Assembly: GCA_005799475.1 (NCBI GenBank)
Contig: SYGQ01000010.1
Span: forward strand, 2,291-66,290
DNA: 64,000 bases
Source of the DNA: Planctomycetia bacterium
Lineage (GTDB): Bacteria > Planctomycetota > Phycisphaerae > Phycisphaerales > SM1A02
Direction: 5' to 3'
The position numbers were made by a program, and so were the translations under genes. Below are positions 27,450-36,301 of this stretch, one piece after another (the first letter of the stretch is position 1; each line of letters starts with the position of its first letter). The notes under the pieces were generated by a model that was not told where the DNA came from, did no database searches, and saw nothing but the letters and a program-made list of their open reading frames with translations.

Positions 27450-28723
27450 GCGCGCCAGCGGCAACCGGCGGCGACGGCCCGACGGAGCCCGCTTCCCTCA
27501 ACGAGGTACATGAGTCGCGCCCGTTCGCTCCATGAGCCGAGCCACGGAGCCCGGCCTGATGTGCGATCGATGCGCGACAGTGCCCATCGCAAGTCGTCGA
27601 GTGTCGGTGCGCTTGATCCGGTGGCCACAGTTCGGTACCGGGCGAGCCAAAGCGCGCAGGCCACATTGAGCACAAGCGCACAAAGCCCGGCCGTCGCATC
27701 CCATCCGTAGTAACCCGATCCTGACGCTCGCCCGCCCTCAACCGTTGCGCGAATCCATCTCGTGAGGAGTTCGTCGATGGCCACCGCATCGGCGCTCGCA
27801 AGGATCCCCGCAGACCCCGACACTTGACCAAAGCGAACGCGGGGCTGTCCCGAGTGACCGATCGCAGGCACGAGAGCCGAAGCCCCTCCGCGCTTCCACG
27901 CGCCGTGGCGAAGGAACTGCGACAGCGTAGCTCGCCATCGAGTCGGGGCGCCCTGCGCGAGCGGCTTCGGATCCTCAACGCGCGCGAAGATGGCGCTTCG
28001 CAGCATTCGTTCCTGTCGCGGGGTCAAGGGGCCATTGGGAAAGTGGGCGAGCTCGTCGGGAAGGGCGCTCACAAGAGTGGTGACGAGTTCAATGAAGCGC
28101 TCGCCGCGTACGCGCTCGAGCCGCGCCCGAAGGAGAGACTCCGCGAGCCACGCCAGCCCGTCGAGCCGAACATCGATGGGGTGCGCCATGGCGATCCACC
28201 CCACGACACTCCGTTCGAGCGCCTCGAGTTCACCTTCCCCACTCGCGAGACCGCGCGCCAGTGGCGCGCGAGGTGCGCTCTGTACGGCCTCGGGCGCCTC
28301 TCTCGCGATCCGCGCAGCCTCTGCGACCTGCGACGCACAGGGAGCGCCCTTGTTCTCCAGCACGCTCTGGCACGCGAAGCTCATGCCCATTCGCACTCGC
28401 GCTGGCTCTGGAGCAAGCATGTACGGAAACATGCGGCAGGCCAATGGCTTCTCATCGAAGCCGTGCGCGGCGTGGACCTCGCACTTGCCGTCCTCCCGGA
28501 GGAAGACGCACGCGCCATCGGCGCGCTGCCGAAGGTAGGGAACGCCTCTGAACTCAACCACCGGATTCGCACCGAGGCGTTGAGTCCACCCCTGCTTCGC
28601 GAGTCGCTCGACATCGGCCACTCGCAGTTGCACCGTGAAGTCACGGCAGCAGTTGCCACAGCCGTGGCAGGAGTAGCGCTGTCCGGGCGTGGCGAGCGGG
28701 AAGATGGGGAGTGCGAGCGCCAT
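27446..28723 (-). CDS. YkgJ-family (CxxCxxCC) cysteine-cluster protein with a long C-terminal extension of unknown function
   Basis: [13 protein letters not shown]...DGACVFL..DGKCEVH...PLACRMFP is the UPF0153/YkgJ signature. The remaining ~300 aa were not recognised. Confidence 0.7.
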   Translation of the reverse strand: MALALPIFPLATPGQRYSCHGCGNCCRDFTVQLRVADVERLAKQGWTQRLGANPVVEFRGVPYLRQRADGACVFLREDGKCEVHAAHGFDEKPLACRMFPYMLAPEPARVRMGMSFACQSVLENKGAPCASQVAEAARIAREAPEAVQSAPRAPLARGLASGEGELEALERSVVGWIAMAHPIDVRLDGLAWLAESLLRARLERVRGERFIELVTTLVSALPDELAHFPNGPLTPRQERMLRSAIFARVEDPKPLAQGAPTRWRATLSQFLRHGAWKRGGASALVPAIGHSGQPRVRFGQVSGSAGILASADAVAIDELLTRWIRATVEGGRASGSGYYGWDATAGLCALVLNVACALWLARYRTVATGSSAPTLDDLRWALSRIDRTSGRAPWLGSWSERARLMYLVEGSGLRRAVAAGCRWRA

Positions 28724-28729
28724 GGGCGC

Positions 28730-29374
28730 CTATCGCGCAGGGGTGAACTGCACGAGCATTCGCGCCATCGCGCGCGTTGCCATCCCGCGATGACTCCGAG
28801 CGTTCTTCTCTGAAGTTGCGAGTTCCGCGCTCGTGCGGCCATCTGGATCAACGATCAGCAGCGGGTCGTATCCGAACCCGTTGGACCCGCGCGGACTCAT
28901 CCCGATCGTGCCGGGAAACTCGCCTCGAGTCTCGGCGAGCACCCGACCCTCAGCGTCGGCCACGCACATGGCGCAGACGAATCGCGCGCCGCGGCGATCG
29001 AGTGGGACGGCCGCGAGCGCAACGAGAAGCTTCTCGTTGTTGGCGGCATCTCGCTCGTCGCGTCCGGCTCCACGGCCCGCCCATCGCGCACTGTGAATGC
29101 CCGGCGCTCCACCGAGGGCGTCGACCTCAAGACCCGAGTCATCGGCAAGCACCCAAGTGCCGAGCGCGCGCGCATACGCAATGGCCTTGATCCGTGCGTT
29201 TGCCGCAAAAGTCGCGCCGTTCTCGTCGGGCTCGGCGATCCCTCCGCCACCGACATCGCGGAGCGACTTGACAACGAGTCCTTCAGAGGCGAGTACGGCA
29301 CGGATCTCATCGACCTTATGGGGATTCGAGGTGGCCACGACGACCGTTCGGCAGCCCGCGAGCGACGGCGTCAT
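28730..29374 (-). CDS. rdgB: dITP/XTP pyrophosphatase (RdgB/HAM1 family)
   Basis: VVVATSNPHKVDEI, DDSGLEVDALGGAPGIHSARW, FGYDP and SHRG. There is an ATGA overlap with the upstream gene. Confidence 0.9.
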   Translation of the reverse strand: MTPSLAGCRTVVVATSNPHKVDEIRAVLASEGLVVKSLRDVGGGGIAEPDENGATFAANARIKAIAYARALGTWVLADDSGLEVDALGGAPGIHSARWAGRGAGRDERDAANNEKLLVALAAVPLDRRGARFVCAMCVADAEGRVLAETRGEFPGTIGMSPRGSNGFGYDPLLIVDPDGRTSAELATSEKNARSHRGMATRAMARMLVQFTPAR

Positions 29375-31008
29375 GTTTGGAGTACGCCGGTCCGGAACTC
29401 GCCGATGATGGGTGCTTGCGCGGCGGCCTTGAGCGCCAGCGTCAGCTCCTCGCGCGTCCTGTGCGGCTCGATGAGACGGTCCACCCAGCCGCGGCTGGCC
29501 GCGTACCGAATGTCCTGCTGCTCCTGATACGACGCCGTGATGGCCCCAAGAAGTTTCGTGCGCATCGCCTCATCGACAGCCTCTCCCTTTCGTTCGCGCG
29601 CGGCAAGGTCGATCTGCAGGAGCGTGGCGGCCGCCTGCGCAGCACCCATCACCGCGCAGCGCGCACCGGGCCATGCGAGCGTGATGAATGGGTCGAAGGC
29701 ACGGCCGCACATCGCGTAGTTCCCGGCGCCATACGACTGCCCAACGATGAGAACGATCTTGGGCACGATGGAGTTGCTCATTGCATTCACCATCTTGGCA
29801 CCGGCTCGGATGATGCCCCCCTGCTCGCTGTCGCGGCCGACCATGAATCCTGTTGTGTCGTGCACGAAGAGGAGCGGGATGCGCCGGTGGTTCACATCCA
29901 TGATGAAGCGTGCCGCCTTGTCGGCACTGTCGTCGTAGATCACAGCCGGCATGCACTTGGTCGCATGTGGACCAGGCTTCCCGCCTGGCAGCACCCGTTG
30001 GGTCATCGCGCGCTGGTTCGCCACGATGCCGACGCTGAATCCGCCGATTCTCGCGTAGCAGCACACGATCGAGGCGCCAGACTCCGCCCGATACTCGTCG
30101 ACGCTGCCCTCATCGACGACGCACGCCAAGAGGTCGCGCATGTCGTACTGCGATCCCGGTTCCCCCTTGTAGACCTCGTAGACAGCGTCTGTCCCGCGCG
30201 ATGGTTCGCGGGAGTTCGTTCGAGGCGTGGGGGCGAGCGGCGCGGCGGCACACGCCCCCATGAGCCGCCGCAACCTCGCGAGACACGCCTCGTCGTCCTT
30301 CTCGCGGAAGTCGATAGTGGTCGAGACTTGCGCGTGCATCTTGGCGCCACCCAAGTCTTCGCTCGACACCTCTTGACCGATCGCCGCCTTCACGAGCGCG
30401 GGACCCGCCAAGTAGAGCCCACTTCCCTCCGTCATGAGAAGCGTGTCGCACAGGACGGGGAGATAGCCGCCCCCGGCGACACAGTTCCCCATGATCGCGG
30501 CGTACTGTGGGATGCCGTCGGCTGAGATGACCGCGTTGTTGCGGAAGATGCGGCCGAAGTCATCCGTGTCGGGAAAGACATCTTCTTGCAGCGGAAGAAA
30601 CACGCCCGCGCTGTCGACGAGGTACAGGAGGGGCATCCGTGCGCGCCGCGCGAGCTCTTGCGCTCGGATGATCTTCTTGCAGGTCATTGGGAAGAACGCG
30701 CCTGCCTTCACGGTGGCATCGTTGGCGATCACCATGCACAGGCGGCCATCCACCTCGCCGATGGTCGTGATCACGCCCGCCCCAGGTGCCCCGCCGTACT
30801 CGCGGTACATGTTCCATGCCGCGAAGAGGCCGAGTTCCTGCGACGGTGCACCATCATCCAAGAGCCGCCCGACGCGCTCGCGCGCCGTCAGGCGACCGTG
30901 CCGGTGCTGTCGCTCGGCTCCCGAGGGCCCACCACCTTGCTCGAGTCTCGCCGAAAGGGCGACGAACTCGTCGGTCGCCGCCTTGAGGCCCACGACAGCG
31001 GTCTTCAT
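29371..31008 (-). CDS. Acyl-CoA carboxylase carboxyltransferase (beta) subunit
   Basis: GKLTARERV-like GRLTARERVGRLLD, VIANDATVKAGAF, and CVAGGGYLPVLCD in the first half. The second-half repeat has GIVANQ and the GGIIRAGAKMV motifs typical of PccB/MccB-type enzymes. Confidence 0.9.
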   Translation of the reverse strand: MKTAVVGLKAATDEFVALSARLEQGGGPSGAERQHRHGRLTARERVGRLLDDGAPSQELGLFAAWNMYREYGGAPGAGVITTIGEVDGRLCMVIANDATVKAGAFFPMTCKKIIRAQELARRARMPLLYLVDSAGVFLPLQEDVFPDTDDFGRIFRNNAVISADGIPQYAAIMGNCVAGGGYLPVLCDTLLMTEGSGLYLAGPALVKAAIGQEVSSEDLGGAKMHAQVSTTIDFREKDDEACLARLRRLMGACAAAPLAPTPRTNSREPSRGTDAVYEVYKGEPGSQYDMRDLLACVVDEGSVDEYRAESGASIVCCYARIGGFSVGIVANQRAMTQRVLPGGKPGPHATKCMPAVIYDDSADKAARFIMDVNHRRIPLLFVHDTTGFMVGRDSEQGGIIRAGAKMVNAMSNSIVPKIVLIVGQSYGAGNYAMCGRAFDPFITLAWPGARCAVMGAAQAAATLLQIDLAARERKGEAVDEAMRTKLLGAITASYQEQQDIRYAASRGWVDRLIEPHRTREELTLALKAAAQAPIIGEFRTGVLQT

Positions 31009-31112
31009 GGGAAGAGAATAGGGCCGTTGACCCTGTGGGGACTCTGCGGTACGCTGCGCGACTCAATTTCACGCGAAAAGACGGCGGCTCGGATGGCCGC
31101 ACAGGACAACCA

Positions 31113-31379
31113 ATGATCTCAACTCACGATAAGCAACTGGTGATCAAGGCGAACCAGCGCCACGCGAAGGACCAAGGGTCCACCGAAGTCCAAATCTCGA
31201 TCCTGACCGAGCGCATCAACTCGCTTCAGGGCCACTTCAAGTCTCATGCGAAGGATCACGCGGGTCGCCGCGGACTCCTTCTCATGGTGAGCAAGCGAAA
31301 CCGCCTGCTCCGTTACATTGCCGAGTCCAACCGGGAAGGGTACGCGGCGCTCATCAAGAAGCTCGGGCTGCGCAAGTAG
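31113..31379 (+). CDS. rpsO: 30S ribosomal protein S15
   Basis: GSTEVQISILTERINSLQGHFKSHAKDHAGRRGLLLMVSKRNRLLRYI is a canonical S15 sequence. The start is the ATG at 31113. Confidence 0.93.
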   Translation: MISTHDKQLVIKANQRHAKDQGSTEVQISILTERINSLQGHFKSHAKDHAGRRGLLLMVSKRNRLLRYIAESNREGYAALIKKLGLRK

Positions 31380-31390
31380 CCCGCTGTACC

Positions 31391-31462
31391 GGCGGAGGCA
31401 GTCGGCAGGGCGCGCGTCCATTCGCGCGTCGTGCCCTCTGCCTTGGCCGGCCGAACTCCGCC
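31391..31462 (+). promoter_or_regulatory. Structured rpsO-pnp intergenic leader (nested hairpins)
   Basis: GGCGGAG (31391-97) pairs with CTCCGCC (31456-62). These enclose CGCGCG-tccatt-CGCGCG with flanking AGGG/CCCT. By analogy with the enterobacterial rpsO terminator and pnp leader hairpin. Function was not verified. Confidence 0.3.
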
Positions 31463-31517
31463 GCCGTTGTTCTTCCCAGGCGGCACTCAAACCTGCCAAA
31501 GAAAGGCAATCCGAATC

Positions 31518-33797
31518 ATGACAACCCGACCGCACACCATCGTTGAACGAGAAATCGGTGGCCGCGTGCTCCGCTTCGAGACTGGCAAGATCGCCAAGCT
31601 TGCTGGCGGCGCCGTCCTCGCCACCTACGGCGAGACCGTCGTTCTTGCCACCGCCGTCCGCGCCAACCCGCGCCCAGGCATCGACTTCTTCCCACTCACC
31701 TGCGACTATCGCGAGAAGGCGCCTGCGGCGGGCAAGTATCCGGGCGGCTTCCGCAAGAAGGAAGGCGCTCCGGGCGAGAAGGAAATCCTCACCATGCGCA
31801 TGATGGATCGTCCGATCCGTCCGCTCTTCCCCGAGGGATTCGTCGACGAGGTCCAGCTTCAGGCGCTCGTCCTCTCCCACGACGGACAGAACGACTCAGA
31901 TGTGCTGGCCTGTTCGGCCGCCAGCGCCGCGCTCCACCTTTCGGACGCGCCGTTCAACGGCCCAGTCGCGACCATCCGCGTCGGACGCATCTTCATTGAC
32001 GACCAGCCGACCTTCGTCATCAACCCGACACAGGCGCAGATGGAGTTCAGCGACTTGGACCTCGTGCTGTCGGGCCACTGCGACGGCGTCAACATGATCG
32101 AAGTCGGGGCCGCTGAGATTTCCGAAGCCGACATGGTGGCGGCGATCTCGCATGGCTACGAGAACGGCATCAAGCCGATCCTCGACATGATGAATGAACT
32201 CCGCACCAAGAGTGGCGCGGCGGCCAAACGCGCCGGCGAGTCCACTGCGCCGAGCGCCGAAGTCAGTGCGCTCGTCAAGGAGAAGGCCTACGACGAGTTG
32301 CTCAAGGCCCGTCAGATCCACGGCAAGCAGGCTCGCAACGACGAAGTCGACCGCATCAAGAAGTGGACGATCGACTCGTTCTTCACCGTCGCACCCGGGC
32401 TCGCCTACACGGACCATGTCGCGGCGGAAAAGCGTCAGCGCGAGGCGAAGGAGGCGCTGCGCGTCCTTGAGAAGAAGATCACCCACTATCTCGTCGCGGA
32501 GAAGGGCGTTCGCGCCGATGGTCGCCCGCTGCGCCAGATCCGCTCGCTCGACATGAGCGTGGCGCTCTTGCCGCGCACGCACGGCTCCGCGTTCTTCCAG
32601 CGCGGCGAGACGCAATCCATCGTGACCTGCACCCTTGGCACCACCAAGGACGAGCAGATCGTCGACGGGCTCCTTCCCGAGTACGCGAAGAAGTTCTACC
32701 TGCACTACTACTTCCCTCCGTTCTGCACGGGCGAGGCCGGTCGCATCACCGGACCGGGCCGTCGTGAGATTGGCCACGGTGCCCTCGCCGAGCGGTCGCT
32801 TCTGGCGATTCTCCCGAGCGCCGAGGACTTCCCGTACACGGTTCGCCTGACGAGTGAGATCACCGAGAGCAACGGCTCGTCCAGCATGGCGAGTGTGTGC
32901 GGCGGTTGTCTCGCCCTCATGGACGCGGGCGTGCCGATCAAGGCCACCTGCGCGGGCATTTCTGTCGGAAGGTTCACCAACGCCCAGGGCAAGGTGACCC
33001 ACGTCACGGACATCATCGGCGAGGAGGACTTCTTCGGCGAGATGGACTTCAAGGTGTCGGGAACTCGCGAAGGCATCACGGGCATCCAACTCGACCTCAA
33101 GGCACGCGGACTCGGCATTGACGAGATCCGATCGATCTTCGATCAGGCCAAGGAAGGACGACTCTTCCTCATCGACCAGATGGAAGGCGTCCTCGCCAAG
33201 CCACGCGCGGACATCTCACCGCTGGCGCCGCGCATCACCGTGATCAAGATCGACCCCGAGAAGATTGGCAAGGTCATCGGACCCGGCGGCAAGATGATTC
33301 GCTCGATCCAAGAGCGCACGGGTGCGCAGATCGACATCGAAGAAGACGGCACCGTCTTCATCGCATGCGCCAATGCCGAAAGCGCGGCCCAAGCCCGCGC
33401 CGAGATCGAGGCGCTGGGCGCGGAGATCAAGATCGGCACGATCTACGACGGCAAGGTCGTTTCCATCAAGGAGTTCGGCGCCTTCGTCGAACTCGCTCCG
33501 GGCACCGACGGCATGGTGCACATCAGTGAACTTGCGCACGGCTATGTCAAGAGCGTGACGGAAGTCGTGAAGCTTGGCGACTCCATCAAGGTGAAGGTCA
33601 TCAATGTCGATGACACCGGCCGTATCAAGCTCAGCCGCAAGGCGCTCCTCGAGGTCCCGGAAGGGACGCTCGTGGGTGCCGATGGTGACGGCGGCGGCGG
33701 CGAGGGCGGCGACCACGGCCGTTCTGGCGGCCACGGCGGTGGTCACGGCGGCGGCCGCGGCCGGGATCGCGGACGCTCCGGAGGCCGCGGCCGTTAG
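31518..33797 (+). CDS. pnp: Polyribonucleotide nucleotidyltransferase (PNPase) with a Gly/Arg-rich C-terminal tail
   Basis: Two RNase PH domains (GRVLRFETGKIAKLAGGAV...; RADGR...IR...HGSALF-like HGSAFFQRGETQ), a KH domain (KIGKVIGPGGKMIRSI) and an S1 domain (GKVVSIKEFGAFVEL). The tail reads GGGEGGDHGRSGGHGGGHGGGRGRDRGRSGGRGR. Confidence 0.95.
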   Translation: MTTRPHTIVEREIGGRVLRFETGKIAKLAGGAVLATYGETVVLATAVRANPRPGIDFFPLTCDYREKAPAAGKYPGGFRKKEGAPGEKEILTMRMMDRPIRPLFPEGFVDEVQLQALVLSHDGQNDSDVLACSAASAALHLSDAPFNGPVATIRVGRIFIDDQPTFVINPTQAQMEFSDLDLVLSGHCDGVNMIEVGAAEISEADMVAAISHGYENGIKPILDMMNELRTKSGAAAKRAGESTAPSAEVSALVKEKAYDELLKARQIHGKQARNDEVDRIKKWTIDSFFTVAPGLAYTDHVAAEKRQREAKEALRVLEKKITHYLVAEKGVRADGRPLRQIRSLDMSVALLPRTHGSAFFQRGETQSIVTCTLGTTKDEQIVDGLLPEYAKKFYLHYYFPPFCTGEAGRITGPGRREIGHGALAERSLLAILPSAEDFPYTVRLTSEITESNGSSSMASVCGGCLALMDAGVPIKATCAGISVGRFTNAQGKVTHVTDIIGEEDFFGEMDFKVSGTREGITGIQLDLKARGLGIDEIRSIFDQAKEGRLFLIDQMEGVLAKPRADISPLAPRITVIKIDPEKIGKVIGPGGKMIRSIQERTGAQIDIEEDGTVFIACANAESAAQARAEIEALGAEIKIGTIYDGKVVSIKEFGAFVELAPGTDGMVHISELAHGYVKSVTEVVKLGDSIKVKVINVDDTGRIKLSRKALLEVPEGTLVGADGDGGGGEGGDHGRSGGHGGGHGGGRGRDRGRSGGRGR

Positions 33798-33851
33798 TCA
33801 CCGCGCCCCCACCAACCCTCACATAACCGCTATTGATTCAATGGCTTGCCG

Positions 33852-33880
33852 AAGGGGGCCCCGACACGGGGCCCCCTTTT
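33852..33880 (+). terminator. Rho-independent terminator after pnp
   Basis: Perfect 10-bp stem GGGGGCCCCG-aca-CGGGGCCCCC, flanked by AA and TTTT. Confidence 0.65.
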
Positions 33881-34015
33881 CTGTTTCAAGTGTTGGGGTC
33901 ATCCCAGATGCCTCCGCGTCGAGATTCCTCAAAATCTTCGTTTCCGGACGGTTCGTGTTGCCGATGCTCATTTTCGAGTCACAGTCCGAATAGGTTTTTT
34001 GCGTGGAGGCTCTGT

Positions 34016-34270
34016 ATGGCTGACGACAACAAGCAAATCGACAAGGCCGAAGGCATCGTCAAGTGGTTTGACGCCCGCAAGGGCTTCGGATTTATCGTCG
34101 GTCCGCAGGGGCAAGACATCTTTGTCCACTTCAGCGTGATCGAGCAGGATCAGGGCTTCCGCACCTTCCGAGATGGCGAAAAGGTGGTCTACAGCGCGCA
34201 ATCCGGTGCGAAGGGTTGGGCGGCAACGCATGCCCGTGCGTTCGCTCCCGCGCCGCTTCAAGCGTCCTAG
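34016..34270 (+). CDS. Cold-shock domain protein (CspA family)
   Basis: GIVKWFDARKGFGFI (RNP1) and DIFVHFS (RNP2). GGAGG lies 7 nt upstream of the ATG at 34016. A long, A/T-richer 5' region precedes it. Confidence 0.9.
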   Translation: MADDNKQIDKAEGIVKWFDARKGFGFIVGPQGQDIFVHFSVIEQDQGFRTFRDGEKVVYSAQSGAKGWAATHARAFAPAPLQAS

Positions 34271-34294
34271 GTCGCTCGCGTACCTTGACCGGTA

Positions 34295-35200
34295 TTGGGC
34301 CTTTCCATCGCCAGTGATGGTCACTTCATCGTCGGTTTGCTGATCGGTGGGGCGGTCGGTGCCGGATTCGTGGCGCTTGTGCTGCGCCAACGGATCGATC
34401 GGCGTCTTCGCCGCAGCGCACTCTCCCGACATCGAGACGCCCTCGTGGGAACCTCCATCGCTCCGGGGATCTCCGAAGCCGGATCGCTCACGGGCGGGCT
34501 CGCGCACGAGATCAAGAACCCGCTCTCGAGCATCGTCTTGAACGCCCAGTTACTGCGCGAGTCGATCCTTGATGCGAAGCTCTCCGAGGACGAGTCGCGG
34601 CAGCTCGTGCGGCGGATCGACAGCCTCGCCCGCGAGACGAGTCGACTCCGAGACATTCTTGAGGACTTCCTTCGGTATGCCGGTCGCATTCGGCTCGACA
34701 CCGTCGAGTGTGACTTGCGCGAGCTCGTCGAAGACCTCACCGACTTCGTCCATCCGCAATGCGAACGCGACAGCATCCTCGTGCGAACGGACCTGCCTCG
34801 CGCCGTGGTGTCGGCCCCTGTGGATGCGGGTCTCCTCAAGCAGGCGCTCCTCAATCTGATGCTCAACGCGATGCAGGCGATGGCGGGGACAGATCCGGGT
34901 TCCCGACGCGAACTCATCGTGCGGGTGGACCCCCCTGAATCCCCTCAACGGCGCATCCACATCATTGATACCGGGCCGGGGGTGCCCGATCATCTGCGCG
35001 AGGAAATCTTCCGGCCGTATGTCACCACCAAGAAGGAAGGGAGCGGACTCGGACTCGCCGTCGCCAAGCGAATCGTCGAGGAGCACGGGGGATCGATCGC
35101 GATCTTTTCCGACCTCGGTCGCGGCAGCGACTTTGTGGTGACGCTCCCCGAGCGCGCCACGAAGACCCCGAGCCTCAGTCCAGCCAATCCTTCGCCTTGA
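34295..35200 (+). CDS. Sensor histidine kinase (HisKA + HATPase_c), with no response regulator adjacent
   Basis: H-box GGLAHEIKNPLSSI, N-box LLNLMLNAMQAM, G1 DTGPGV, G2 GSGLGLAVAKRIV. The N-terminal hydrophobic helix is VGLLIGGAVGAGFVALVL. The TTG start at 34295 is uncertain. Confidence 0.85.
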   Translation: MGLSIASDGHFIVGLLIGGAVGAGFVALVLRQRIDRRLRRSALSRHRDALVGTSIAPGISEAGSLTGGLAHEIKNPLSSIVLNAQLLRESILDAKLSEDESRQLVRRIDSLARETSRLRDILEDFLRYAGRIRLDTVECDLRELVEDLTDFVHPQCERDSILVRTDLPRAVVSAPVDAGLLKQALLNLMLNAMQAMAGTDPGSRRELIVRVDPPESPQRRIHIIDTGPGVPDHLREEIFRPYVTTKKEGSGLGLAVAKRIVEEHGGSIAIFSDLGRGSDFVVTLPERATKTPSLSPANPSP

Positions 35201-36293
35201 GCCGCTCGGGGACATACACCTCCGTCACATAGGAAATGTCCTTGGTGATGAGCGACTCCACTTCCATCTTGAAGCCGTTGCGAAGCATCGCCTGGATCTC
35301 CTTCTGCCACGGCTTCTTCTTGGCGAACCACGGGTACTCCGCGATCTGCTTCGCCCGCTCGGTGTCCCGATCATTGAGCGAAATCTTGACATCCCCAGAG
35401 AGACCACAGCGCTCAAAGTCAGCGGCACGGATGCCGAGGTACCTCGCGTCCGGGATCGCCATGCGCTCACTCTCGAAGGCAAGATTGATCGAACCCTGCT
35501 TGATCACCGAATAGATGTAGTGACCCCACGGGTCGCAGTCGAGGAGGCAGATGATCGGAAGCCCGAGCTCCTTGTTGAGTCGGTAGAGCAATCGGCGCAC
35601 GCCCCGAGGCGGCTGCCCGCTGCCCTCCGTGAGGATGCAATTGTGCGTCTCCCAGAAGCGGTCCTCGTTGAACCGACTCCACACGGTGTCTTTCTCGACA
35701 TGCAGGACGAACTTGGCCTCGCACTTTCCGAACTGAATGACCGAAGGTTCGCAGATCGACGGGATGGCGTACCCACCCGTCCCCATGTGTCGGCAGTCAA
35801 TGGTGTCACCGTTGTCGACAACGGTGATGTTGCCGACCATCGTCCCGCGCTTCTTGGCGAAGAGGTGGAGGTTCTCGCGCAGCGTTGCGAGCGCGACCTC
35901 GATGTCCTCAAGGATGCCGTCGGACTCTTCCTGGTCCTCGAAGGTCTTCTCGTTCGTCCCCGCGATCGTGTGCAGGCTCTTGTAGTACATGCCGCGGAGA
36001 CTGAGCGTTTTTTGCGCTTCGAGGAGGTCCTTGCATCCCTTGGACAAGAGCACGGTCTGCATGAACTTGCGCGCCTGCGCCGTGTTGAAGAGGTTCCGTC
36101 GAAGGGTCGCGTCGCCCATCTGCAAGAGCCGCCGCGCCTCGGAGTAGGTCGTATTCGAAATCGTTCGCATGGGCACATCAACGAAGGGATCGTGCTCGGC
36201 GAGTGCCGCCGTGGCGACTGCGGTGCCGAGGTTGCCGATCTTGCCGAGGGTCTCTTCGCGGACGCCCTTGCCAGTGCCTGCCTTGCGTGCCAT
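35175..36293 (-). CDS. top6A: DNA topoisomerase VI subunit A (Spo11/Top6A family)
   Basis: LSLRGMYYKS (catalytic Tyr context), VLHVEKDTVW (Toprim Glu) and LLDCDPWGHYIY (DxD). A perfect AGGAGG lies 5 nt upstream of the ATG and overlaps the top6B stop. Confidence 0.9.
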   Translation of the reverse strand: MARKAGTGKGVREETLGKIGNLGTAVATAALAEHDPFVDVPMRTISNTTYSEARRLLQMGDATLRRNLFNTAQARKFMQTVLLSKGCKDLLEAQKTLSLRGMYYKSLHTIAGTNEKTFEDQEESDGILEDIEVALATLRENLHLFAKKRGTMVGNITVVDNGDTIDCRHMGTGGYAIPSICEPSVIQFGKCEAKFVLHVEKDTVWSRFNEDRFWETHNCILTEGSGQPPRGVRRLLYRLNKELGLPIICLLDCDPWGHYIYSVIKQGSINLAFESERMAIPDARYLGIRAADFERCGLSGDVKISLNDRDTERAKQIAEYPWFAKKKPWQKEIQAMLRNGFKMEVESLITKDISYVTEVYVPERLKAKDWLD

Positions 36294-36301
36294 CGTTCCT
36301 C

